Source of the DNA: Eledone cirrhosa | Taxonomy: Eukaryota | DNA length: 64,000 nucleotides | Reading direction: 5' to 3' | NCBI GenBank assembly: GCA_964016885.1 | Contig: OZ024743.1 | Span: forward strand, 323,764,001-323,828,000 | Shown: piece by piece, positions 41,620 through 54,285 of the stretch | How positions within the stretch are numbered: position 1 is the stretch's first letter | Layout of the letters: every line of letters starts with the position of its first letter | Notes under the pieces: model-generated | What the model was told of the DNA's origin: nothing | Database searches by the model: none | The model's input: only the letters and a program-made list of their open reading frames with translations | Program-made: the position numbers and the translations under genes

Positions 41620-42338
41620 TATATACATATATATATACATATATATATACATATATATATACATATATATATATACATATATATATACATATGTATATAC
41701 ATACATATATATATACATATATATATACATACATATATATATACATATATATATACATACATATATATATACATACATATATATATACATAAATATATAT
41801 ACATATATATACATATATATATATATACATATATATATACATATATATATATATATACATACATATATATACATATATATATATATACATATATATATAT
41901 ACATACATATATATACACATATATATATATATACATACATATATATACATATATATATATATACATATATATATATACATACATATATATATACATATAT
42001 ATATATACATACATATATATATACATATATATATATATACATACATATACATATATATACATACATATATATATATACATACATATACATATACATACAT
42101 ATATATACATATATATATATATACATACATATATATATATATATACATACATATATATATATATACATACATATACATATACATACATATACATACATAT
42201 ATATATATACATACATATACATATACATACATATACATACATATATATATATACATACATATATACATACATATATATATATACATACATATACATATAC
42301 ATACATATACATACATATATACATATATATATATATAC

Positions 42339-42369
<31 letters not shown>

Positions 42370-42387
42370 CATATATATGTATATACA

Positions 42388-42419
<32 letters not shown>

Positions 42420-42426
42420 CATATAC

Positions 42427-42505
<79 letters not shown>

Positions 42506-42531
42506 CATATATATATATACATATATATACA

Positions 42532-42607
<76 letters not shown>

Positions 42608-42646
42608 CATATATACATATATATATACATATATATATATATATAC

Positions 42647-42693
<47 letters not shown>

Positions 42694-42750
42694 CATATAT
42701 ATATATACATCATCATCATCATCATCATCATTTCATTTTACGTCCGCTTT

Positions 42751-42784
<34 letters not shown>

Positions 42785-42819
42785 CATATATACATATATA
42801 TATATACATATATATATAC

Positions 42820-42878
<59 letters not shown>

Positions 42879-42879
42879 C

Positions 42880-43216
42880 ATCATCATCATCATCATCATC
42901 ATTTCATTTTACGTCCGCTTTTTCCCTGCTAGCAAGGGTGGGACGGGAACTGATCTTGGCTGGATGCCCTTCCTAAAACCAACCTCATTTACAGTGAGTG
43001 CTGGGTGCTTTTTTGCCGTGGCACCTCCACGACCACTCTGCAGTGAAATGATAGGGACCCCAGTCCCTATCATCTCATTTCTACAGCTGAGTAAACTGGA
43101 GCAATGTGAAATAAAGTGTCTTGCTCAAGGAAACAACACATCACCCGGTCTGAGAATTGAACTCACAACCTTTCGATTGCAAGGCCAATGCTCTAACCAC
43201 TAAGCCATGTGCCTCC
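42880..43216 (-). mobile_element. tRNA-derived RTE-tailed SINE
   Basis: Near-identical to the copies at 45133, 53461 and 57727. Confidence 0.9.
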
Positions 43217-43234
43217 ATATATATATACATATAC

Positions 43235-43342
<108 letters not shown>

Positions 43343-43344
43343 AT

Positions 43345-43385
<41 letters not shown>

Positions 43386-43410
43386 TATATATATATGTAT
43401 ATGTATATAT

Positions 43411-43442
<32 letters not shown>

Positions 43443-43469
43443 GTATATATATATGTATATGTATATATA

Positions 43470-43502
<33 letters not shown>

Positions 43503-43522
43503 GTGTATATATATATATATTA

Positions 43523-43612
<90 letters not shown>

Positions 43613-43661
43613 GTATATATACATATATATATATATACATATACATATATATATACATATA

Positions 43662-43702
<41 letters not shown>

Positions 43703-43705
43703 ATA

Positions 43706-44057
43706 CATCATCATCATCATCGTTTAACGTCCATATTCCACGCTTGCATGTGCTTGGATGGGAGTTTTCCCACTTGAGGCAAGAGTGGTTGTCTTGCCCG
43801 CATAGGACTGTCTGGCGGGTTTTCTACAGCTAGATGCCCTTCCTAACACCAACCACATTTCCGTGGCTACCGTCTATCTTTATTGCCCTGCACTTTGTTA
43901 TACAGCTATCGTCCTTCATGCGCATCACATGACCATACCAACGTAGCCTTCTCTCGAGTAAACAACATCTGATCCCTCTTATTTCTAATTTTTTCCTTAG
44001 TTCGTTTATGCTTTGTCGTTCACATATATTACTATTACACATCCAGCGGAGCATGCA
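43706..44057 (-). mobile_element. RTE LINE subfamily A, internally deleted 3' fragment
   Basis: ORF piece LRWMC...IDGSHG is joined directly to the distal 3' UTR at about 43860. Confidence 0.85.
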
Positions 44058-44080
44058 TATATGTATATATATATGTGTGT

Positions 44081-44427
44081 CATCATCATCACCATTCTTT
44101 TCATTTTAACGCCCGCTTTTCCCTACTTGCAAGGGTGAGACGGGAACTGATTCTGGCTTGATTTCTACAGCTGCATGCCCTTCCTAACACCAACCTCATT
44201 TACAGTGAGTGATGGGTGCTTTTTTGCCGTGGCGCCTACACGTCCACTTTGCAGTGGAATGATAGGGACCCCAGTCCCTATCATCTCATTTCTACAGCTG
44301 AGTAAACTGGAGCAATGTGAAATAAAGTCTCTTGCTCAAGGAAACAACACATCACCCGGTCTGAGAATTAAACTCACAACCTTTCGATTGCAAGGGCAAT
44401 ACTCTAACCACTAAGCCATGTGCCTCC
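44081..44427 (-). mobile_element. tRNA-derived RTE-tailed SINE
   Basis: Same family as 45133-45465. Confidence 0.9.
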
Positions 44428-44588
44428 ATGTGTATATATATATATATATGTATATTTATATATATATATGTATATATATATATGTATATATATATATGTG
44501 TATATATATATGTGTATATATATATGTGTATATATATATATGTATATGTATAGATCTATATATATGTATATATATGTATATATATATG

Positions 44589-44638
<50 letters not shown>

Positions 44639-44804
44639 TGTATATATATGTATATATATGTGTATATATGTGTATATATGTATATATATATATGTATATA
44701 TATATATGTATATATGTATATATGTATATATATATGTGTATATATGTATATATATATATATGTATATATGTATATATATGTATATATATATATGTATATA
44801 TATG

Positions 44805-44837
<33 letters not shown>

Positions 44838-44852
44838 GTATATATATGTATA

Positions 44853-45018
44853 TCATCATCATCATCAGGTTTAGCGTCCGTGTTCCACGCTCGCATGGGT
44901 CTGGACGGGGGCCCTCCCACTTGAGGCAAGAGTGGTTGTCTTGCTCGCATAGGACTGTCTGGCGGGTTTTCTACAGTTGGATGCCCTTCCTAACACCAAC
45001 CACATTTACAGTGTGGGG
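44853..45018 (-). mobile_element. RTE subfamily A 3' tail fragment
   Basis: Matches 18830-18995; embedded in (TA)n. Confidence 0.85.
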
Positions 45019-45132
45019 ATGTATATATATGTATATATGTATATGTATATATGTATATGTATATATGTATATGTATATATGTATATATATATATGTATAT
45101 ATGTATATATGTATATGTATATATATCTATGT

Positions 45133-45465
45133 GGAGGCATATGGCTTAGTGGTTAGAGCATTGGCCTTACAATCGAAAGGTTGTGAGTTCAATTCTCGGA
45201 CCGGGTGATGTGTTGTTTCCTTGAGCAAGAGACTTTATTTCACGTTGCTCCAGTTTACTCAGCTGTAGAAATGAGATGATAGGGACTGGGGTCCCTATCA
45301 TTCCACTGCAAAGTGGTCGTGGAGGTGCCACGGCAAAAAAGCACCCAGCACTCACTGTAAATGAGGTTGGTGTTAGGAAGGGCATCCAGCTGTAGAAATC
45401 AAGCCAGAATCAGTTCCCGTCCCACCCTTGCAAGCAGGGAAAAGCGGACGTAAAATGATGATGAT
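45133..45465 (+). mobile_element. tRNA-derived RTE-tailed SINE
   Basis: A-box tggcttagtgg and B-box gagttcaattc; tail cccgtcccacccttgcaagcagggaaaagcggacgtaaaatgatgatg identical to the RTE-C 3' end. Confidence 0.92.
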
Positions 45466-45642
45466 CTGTATATGTATATATATATATGTGTATATGTATA
45501 TATGTATATGTATATATATATATGTATATATGTATATATATGTATATATGTATATATATATATATGTATATATATTACTCTTTTACTCTTTTACCTGTTT
45601 CAGCCATCCGGCTGAGGCCATGTATATATATATATATATGTG

Positions 45643-45675
<33 letters not shown>

Positions 45676-45699
45676 ATGTATGTATATATACAGGCCATG

Positions 45700-45735
<36 letters not shown>

Positions 45736-45762
45736 TATACAGGCCATGTATATATATATGTG

Positions 45763-45795
<33 letters not shown>

Positions 45796-45824
45796 GTATG
45801 TATATATACATATGTATATATATG

Positions 45825-45858
<34 letters not shown>

Positions 45859-45890
45859 TATGTATGTATATATACATATGTATATATATG

Positions 45891-45939
<49 letters not shown>

Positions 45940-45965
45940 GTATATATATATATGTATATATATAT

Positions 45966-46005
<40 letters not shown>

Positions 46006-46128
46006 GTATATATATATATATGTATATATATATGTACATATATATATGTATATATATATGTATATATATATATGTATATATATATATATGTATATATATA
46101 TGTACATATATATATGTATATATATATG

Positions 46129-46159
<31 letters not shown>

Positions 46160-46202
46160 GTATATATATATATGTATATATATATATGTATATATATATA
46201 TG

Positions 46203-46233
<31 letters not shown>

Positions 46234-46463
46234 GTATATGTATATGTATATATATGTATATGTATATATATATGTATATGTATATATATATGTATATATG
46301 TATATATGTATATGTATATATGTATATATATATGTATATGTATATATATATGTATATATATATGTATATGTATATATATATATGTATATATATATATGTA
46401 TATATATATGTATATATATGTATATGTATATATATATATATGTATATGTATATATATATATGT

Positions 46464-48627
46464 ATAAGAAGGTAGCTTGGAAGTGTCACTATGAAAGGCT
46501 TCTAAATGAGGAGAATAACTGGGAGAAAGGCAGTCTCCCCCATATCGACCCAATAGAGGGACCAGCAGTGTTAGTCGAGGGGAGTATAATAAGTAAGGCA
46601 ATCAAGGATATGAAGACTGGTAAGGCGGCTGGGCCTTCGGAAATAGTTGCTGAGATGCTGAAGGCATCTGGCACGGTGGGACACACCATGGTCACCCGTA
46701 TAGTTAACCAAGTCGTACAGAATGGGGTTTTTCCGAAGGACTGGCATAGCAGCATCATCGTTAACTGTTATAAGGGTAAAGGAGACGCCCTAGATAGGAG
46801 TAACTATAGAGGCATTAAATTAATCGACCAGGTCATGAAGGTCACGGAAAAAGTAATAGCGCAACTAACCAGAGAGAGAATTGACCTAGATGAAATGCAG
46901 TTCGGGTTTGTGTCAGGCAAAAGTACCACAGACGCTCTTTTCATAGTACGACAACTACAGGAGAAGTACCTAGCTAAAGGTAAACCCCTCTACTTAGCTT
47001 TTGTCGACTTGGAGAAAGCCTTCGACAGAGTCCCCCGCTCCATTATCTGGTGGGCTCTTAGAAAACTAGGCGTTGACGAATGGCTTGTGAGGGCTATACA
47101 AGCCATGTATAAAGAAACAGTCAGCAAGGTTAGAATTAACAACGAATATAGTGAAGAGTTTAGCGTAAAAGTTGGCGTCCATCAGGGCTCTGTTCTCAGT
47201 CCACTACTATTTATTATTGCCCTTCAGGCTATAACAGAGGAGTTCAAGACAGGCTGCCCATGGGAACTCCTATACGCAGACGACCTGACACTCATAGCGG
47301 AATCAATGGCCGAGCTAGAGAAGAAATTCCAAACATGGAAGCACGGCCTAGAGTCAAAAGGACTTAAAATTAACCTGGCTAAGACCAAAGTACTAGTTTG
47401 TAGGAAAGAAAACAAGGCGGCGGTCCCTTCTGGGAAATGGTCGTGCTCGGTGTGTAGGAAAGGCGTAGGTAGAAACTCCATTTTATGTCCTAAATGCAAA
47501 GTATGGCTGCATAAAAGATGTAGTGGGATCACAGGTAAGCTAACTAAGAACATAGATTTTACATGTGGCCGGTGCTCTGGTGCAATAAGTAGCAGCAAGT
47601 GCCCACAAACTACTAGCTCTTTCAATTGCGCAGAGGGTTCTATAGAAATAGTGGACAGCTTCCGTTACCTGGGCGATAAAATCAGCAGTGGGGGAGGGTG
47701 CTCTGAAAGTACTGTAGCTAGAGTCAGAACTGGTTGGAAAAAGTTCAGAGAGCTTATACCACTATTAGCTGCTAAAGGGTTCTCACTAAAAATGAAAGGC
47801 AGGTTGTACGATGCCTGCATACGAACAGCAATGCTGCATGGCAGTGAGACCTGGGCATTGTGTGCAGAGGATATACGCAGACTAGAGAGGAACGAAGCTT
47901 GCATGCTCCGCTGGATGTGTAACAGTAATATACGTGAACGGCAAAGCATAAACGAACTAAGGAAAAAATTAGAGATAAGAGGGATCAGATGTTGTTTACT
48001 CGAGAGAAGGCTACGTTGGTATGGACACGTGATGCGCATGAAAGTCGATAGCTGTATAACAAAGTGCAGGGCAATAAAGATAGACGGTAGTCACGGAATA
48101 GGCAGACCTAGAAAAACCTGGGACGAGCTGATAAACTCCGACATCACACACTTACACCTCTCCAAGACAATGTCACTGGACCGAGACCTTTGGCGGTACT
48201 CAGTAACAGAGAAGACCCGCCTTACCTAAATATATAGTAAAACCTACTCCAGCCAGTAGGCATCTCTAACAAAATACACCCCGTCCCACCACCACCACCC
48301 CCACCCGATCCACACCACCCCGTTCTATGTAAAGTTATGTTGGTGCCGCGCCATCGAGGCCGAAACAAATGAGATCGTGTAGGTGTCACGACAAAAAAAC
48401 ACACAGTCCACGCTGTAATGTGGCCGTGTAGGCAACACGGTAAAAACCTCCCAGACCCACACTGTAAATGTGGTTGGTGTTAGGAAGGGCATCCAACTGT
48501 AGAAAACCTGCCAGACAGTCCTATGCAAGCAAGACAATCACTCTTGCCTCAAGTGGGACTACCCCCGTCCAAACCCATGAAAGCGTGGAACACGGACGTT
48601 AAACGTTGATGATGATGATGATGATGA
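46464..48627 (+). mobile_element. RTE LINE subfamily A, 5'-truncated, RT ORF intact
   Basis: C-terminal part of ORF 45428-48229, from KKVAWKCHY; reverse complement of the 18.8-21 kb copy with few substitutions; (TGA)n tail. Confidence 0.97.
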
Positions 48628-48778
48628 TATATATGTATATATATATATGTATATATATATGTATATATATGTATATATATATATGTATATATATATGTAT
48701 ATATATGTATATGTATATATATGTGTATATATATGTATATGTATATATATGTATGTATATGTATATATATATGTATGT

Positions 48779-49662
48779 ATGGAAAAAGTTCAGAGAGCTT
48801 ATACCACTATTAGCCGCTAAAGCGTTCTCCCTAAAAATGAAAGGCAGGTTGTATGATGCCTGCAAACGAACAGCAATGTTGCATGGTAGTGAGACCTGGG
48901 CATTGTGTGCAGAGGATATACGCAGACTAGAGAGGAACGAAGCTTGCATGCTCCGCTGGATGTGTAATAGTAATATACGTGAACGGCAAAGCATTAACAA
49001 ACTAAAGGAAAAATTAGAAATAAGAGGGATCAGATGTTGTTTACTCGAGAGAAGGCTACGTTGGTATGGTCACGTGATGCGCATGAAAGACGACAGCTGT
49101 ATAAAAAAGTGCAGGGCAATAAAGATAGATGGTAGCCACGGAGTAGGCAGACCCAGAAAAACCTGGGACGAGCTGATAAACTCCGACCTCACACACTTAC
49201 ACCTCACCAAGACAATGTCACTGGACCGAGACCTTTGGCGGTACTCAGTAATAGAGAAGACCCGCCTTACCTAAATACAAAGTAAAACCTACTACAGTCT
49301 GTAGGCATCTCTAACAAAATACACCCCCGTCCCACCACCCCCACCCCATCCACACCGCCCCCTTCTATGTAAAGTTATGTTGGTGCCACACCATCCAGGC
49401 CGAAACAAATGAGATCGTGTAGGTGTCACGACAAAAAAACACACAGTCCACGCTGTAATGTGGCCGTGTAGGCAACACGGTAAAAACCTCCCAGACCCAC
49501 ACTGTAAATGTGGTTGGTGTTAGGAAGCGCATCCAACTGTAGAAAACCTGCCAGACAGTCCTATGCGAGCAAGACAATCACTCTTGCCTCAAGTGGGAAA
49601 ACCCCCGTCCAAACCCATGCAAGCGTGGAACACGGACGTTAAACGTTGATGATGATGATGAT
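48779..49662 (+). mobile_element. RTE LINE subfamily A, 3' fragment
   Basis: [11 protein letters not shown]...EKTRLT plus the same 3' UTR and (TGA)n tail. Confidence 0.95.
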
Positions 49663-49869
49663 ATCTCAATGCTATTCTATAATTCTGTCTGGTTGTTCTA
49701 AATAATCTTCTTGTATTTTAAAATCCCATTATTCGCTTATTACTGTTATATGCTTGTTCAATTATGCCCAAAATTCGAGGATTTTATTTAAACCCTCTCG
49801 CTAACTACCCCATACCCCTCTTACCCGCCCCCACTCGCCACCATTATTATTTGGACCAATCATAAGTCA

Positions 49870-52800
49870 GTGGCCTATGCTATCACTTCTCCTGGTTGTT
49901 TTTTGATATGATGGATGGACTAAGGAATTCTGGAGAGTCTGAAAAATCTGGACACTTAGTGACAATGCCAAAGATAAAGACATATTCACCTCATGCTGCC
50001 GGACGAAAAGGCAAGGACTCCTCCTCTTTGTTTCGGCTTCGGATGACCAACATAACCCCAACCCCATCTCCGTGCTCCACCGCTCCCACCCACCAAACGC
50101 AATCCAAAACTTCAGAGTTGGTACCATAAATATAGGCACCTTAAAAGGTCGCTCTAATGAGGTTGTAGAAATGCTTGAGCGTAAGGAGGTTGATGTTTGC
50201 TGTATCCAAGAGACCAGGTGGAGGGGTGGGTCTGCTAGATTCATTGTGGGTAAAAAAACGATGCTATAAGCTTTTCTGGGTGGGAAATGACAATGGGCTG
50301 GGTGGAGTAGGAATCATGTTAGCAGAAAAATGGGTAGATAAGATAATAGACGTAAATAGAGTGAACGACAGAATAATTAAAATAAGACTTGCCCTAAATA
50401 GAACTACTGTGACAGTAATATCTGCGTATGCACCCGAATCCGGACTGCCTGGCGCTATAAAAGACAGATTCTATGAGACATTGATGCTCACTACCTCCCA
50501 AATAACCGACAGTGACTACATAATTATTGCTGGCGACCTAAATGGTCACATTGGACAACATTGTGACGGCTATGACGGAATCCATGGAGGCTATGGGTTT
50601 GGTACTAGAAATGAGGAAGGTTCCAGAATCCTGGAATTCTGTGACGCAAATAACCTAACTATCTGTAACACTAACTTAAAAAACGAGACAATCACTTGAT
50701 CACCTATAGGTCAGGGGAACACGCCAGTCAGATAGATTATATCCTTACCAGAAGACGTGATAGAGTGTCTGTTGTAAACACTAAATCCCCCCCCCCCCAT
50801 GCAGAATGCACCTCCCAACATAGACTCATAGTCAGGACAAGACGTACTCGACAACAGAGGAGGACTATCCTCAGGAGAAAAATATGGAATCTAAAGGACC
50901 CCACAGCCAGTAATAAATTGAAAAGCATATTACTTGATGCTTTCGACAGTAAGGACGAGCAATTAGAGTCGTACAGTATAGAGGAACAGTGGGAATTCCT
51001 GAAAGCTAACCTGCTGAAAGCGGCAGATGAAGTCTGTGGCTGGAGCAGGCCTATAGGCAGGAGGAGAGTAACGTTGTGGTGGAACAGTAAGGTGGAGGAG
51101 TCAATTAAGGCCAAAAAGCAGGCTTGGAAAGTATGGCGGGATGGGGGAAGTATAGAAGACTATCAAGTGGCCAGGAGGGAAGCTAGGAGACAGGTGTACT
51201 TCACAAGAAGGGAAGCAGAGGAAAGAAAGTTCAAGCATGTTCTACAACGCGAGGACCAAAAACGTGAGGTATTCAGGATTGCTAGGCAATGTGTCAAGGA
51301 AAACTGTGATATTGTCAGGGAGAAGTGTATCCTTAATGATGATGGTGTACTTGCCATCACTGACGCTGATAAGAAGGTAGCTTGGAAGTGTCACTACGAA
51401 AGGCTACTAAATGATGAGAATAAATGGGAGAAAGACAGTCTCCCCCACATCGATCCAATAGAGGGGACCAGCAGTGCTAGTTGAAGGTAGTATAATAAGT
51501 AAGGCGGCTGGGCGTTCGGAAACAGTTGCTGAAATGCTGCAAGCATCTGGAACGGTGGGACACACTATGGTCACCCGGAAAAACCAAGTCGTACAGAATG
51601 GGGTCGTTCCGAAGGACTGGCATAGCAGCATCATCATTAACTTCTACAAGGGCAAAGGAGATGCCCTAGATAAGGGTAACTATAGAGGCATTAAATTAAT
51701 CGACCAAGTCATGAAGGTCACAGAAAAAGTAATAGCACAACTAATCAGAGAGCGAATTGATCTAGATGAAATGCAGTTCGGGTTTGTGTCAGGTAAAAGT
51801 ACCACAGACGCTCTTTTCATTGTACAACAACTATAGGAGAAGTACCTAGCTAAAAGTAAACCCCTATACTTAGCTTTTGTTGACTTGGAGAAAGCCTTTG
51901 ACAGAGTCCCCCGCACCATTATCTGGTGGGCTCTTAGAAAACTAGGTGTTGATGAATGGCTTGTGAGAGCTATACAAGCCATGTATAAAGAAACAGTCAG
52001 CAAGGTTAGAATTTACAACGAATATAGTGAAGAGTTTAGCGTAAAAGTTGGTGTTCATCAGGGCTCCGTTCTTAGCCCCCCTACTATTTATTATTGCCCT
52101 TCAGTCTATAACAGAGGAGTTCAAGACCGGCTGCCCATGGGAACTCCTATACGCAGATGATCTAACGCTCATAGCTGAATCAATGGCTGAACTAGAGAAG
52201 AAATTCCAAACATCGAAGCATGGCCTAGAATCAAAAGGCCTTAAAGTTAACTTGTCTAAGACTAAAGTTCTAGTTTGTAGGAAGGAAAATAAGGCACAAG
52301 TCCCATCTGGGAAATGGACATGCTCAGCGTGTAGGAAAGGAGTAGGCAGAAATTCCATTTTATGTCCCAAATGCAAAGTATGGGTGCATAAACGATGTAG
52401 TGGGATCACAGGTAAGCTAACTAAGAATATAGATTTTATATGTGGCCGGTGCTCTGGTGCAATAAGTAGCAGCAAGTGCCCACAAAATACTAGCTCATTC
52501 CATTACCTGGGTGACAAAATCATCAGTGGGGGAGGGTGCTCTGAAAGTACAGTAGCTAGAGTCAGAACGGGATGGAAAAAGTTCAGAGAGCTTATACCAC
52601 TATTGGCCACTAAAGGGTTCTCTCTAAAAATGAAAGGCAGGCCGTATGATGCCTACGAACAGCAATGTTGCATGGCAGTGAGACCTGGGCATTGTGTGCA
52701 GAGGATATACGCAGACTGGAAAGGAATGAAGCTTGCATGCTCCGCTGGATGTGTAATAGTAATATACGTGAACGGCAAAGCATAAACGAACTAAGGGAGA

Positions 52801-53431
52801 AATTAGGAATAAGAGGGATCAGATGTTGTTTACTCGAGAGAAGACTACGTTGGTACGGTCACGTGATGCGCATGAAAGACGATAGCTGTATAAAAAAGTG
52901 CAGGGCAATAAAAATAGACGGTAGCCACGGAGTAGGCAGACCCAGAAAAACCTGGGATAAATTCCGACCTCACACACTTGCACCTCTCCAAGACAATGTC
53001 ACTGGGCAGAAATCTTTGGCGCTACACAGTAATACAGAAGACCCGCCTTGCCTAAGTACAAAGCGAAATCTACAGTCAGTAGGCACCTCTAACAAAAATA
53101 CACCCCTGTCCCACTACCCCCACCACCCCTTTCAATGTGAAGTTATGTTGGTACCACAACATCCAGTCCGAAACAAATGACGTCGTGTAGGTGTCACAAC
53201 GAAAAAACACACAGTCCACGCTGTAATGTGGCCGTGTAGGTAACACGGTAAAAACCTCCCCGTCCACAATGTAAACGTGGTTGGTGTTAGGAAGGGCATC
53301 CAGCCGTAGAAAACCTACCAGATAGTCCTATAGGAGCAAGACAACCAATCTTGCCTCAAGTGGGAAAACTCCCGTCCAAACACATGCAAGCGTGGAAGAT
53401 GGACGTTAAACGATGATGATGATTATGATGA
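49870..53431 (+). mobile_element. RTE LINE subfamily A, near full length (APE endonuclease + RT), frameshifted; 5' boundary approximate
   Basis: ORF pieces 50072-53180 give APE motifs (TINIGTL, IQETRW, SAYAP, AGDLNGH, IDYIL, SQHRL) then RT motifs; several frameshifts and stops. Confidence 0.93.
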
Positions 53432-53460
53432 TATATATACATATATACATATATATATAT

Positions 53461-53799
53461 CATCATCATCATTTCATTTTATGTCCGCTTTTCCCTGCTT
53501 GCAAGTGTGGGACGGGAACTGATTTTGGCTTGATTTCTACAGCTGGATGCCCTTCCTAACACCAACCTCATTTACAGTGAGTGATGGGTGCTTTTTTGCC
53601 GTGGCACCTCCACGACCACTTTGCAGTGGAATGATAAGGACCCCAGTCCCTATCATCTCATTTCTACAGCTGAGTAAACTGGAGCAATGTGAAATAAAGT
53701 GTCTTGCTCAAGGAAACAACACATCACCCGGTCTGAGAATTGAACTCACAACCTTTCGATTGCAAGGCCAATGCTCTAACCACTAAGCCATGTGCCTCC
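53461..53799 (-). mobile_element. tRNA-derived RTE-tailed SINE
   Basis: Same family as 45133-45465. Confidence 0.9.
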
Positions 53800-53813
53800 A
53801 TATATATATATAT

Positions 53814-53853
<40 letters not shown>

Positions 53854-54285
53854 TATATATATATATATAAACGGAAAAAATGAAACAAAATTTCATTTCC
53901 CACTCTTAGTACGGCTGTTACTTAAATATAAGTATGTACACGTACATACATATATGTATACAGACGTACAGTAGTATGTATATATATATATATATATATA
54001 TACATACATACATGCACACATATATATATGTACGTATGTATTCACCGAACATTAATTATAATGCTCGGTGTGTTTGAAACAAACATCCCGTATTAAGCCG
54101 TAGTGTCTAGCAACCATCGTTGCTCGTTTGTTCAACACTGGCAAAGGAACGCTGTACTAGTTTCAAGCTTCTTAGCTATCGTCAGCAACGTATACCTTCC
54201 TGCCAGATTGTTGAACGTATATACTTACCTTATGCATATTAACGGCTGAGTAGCCCAATTTGCATATCGATTTTTTTTTTTTTTT

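Noticed and set aside
49820-49862. GC box plus CCAAT box upstream of RTE-A as a promoter
   Set aside because: Short motifs with no independent support, and the element's 5' boundary is uncertain.
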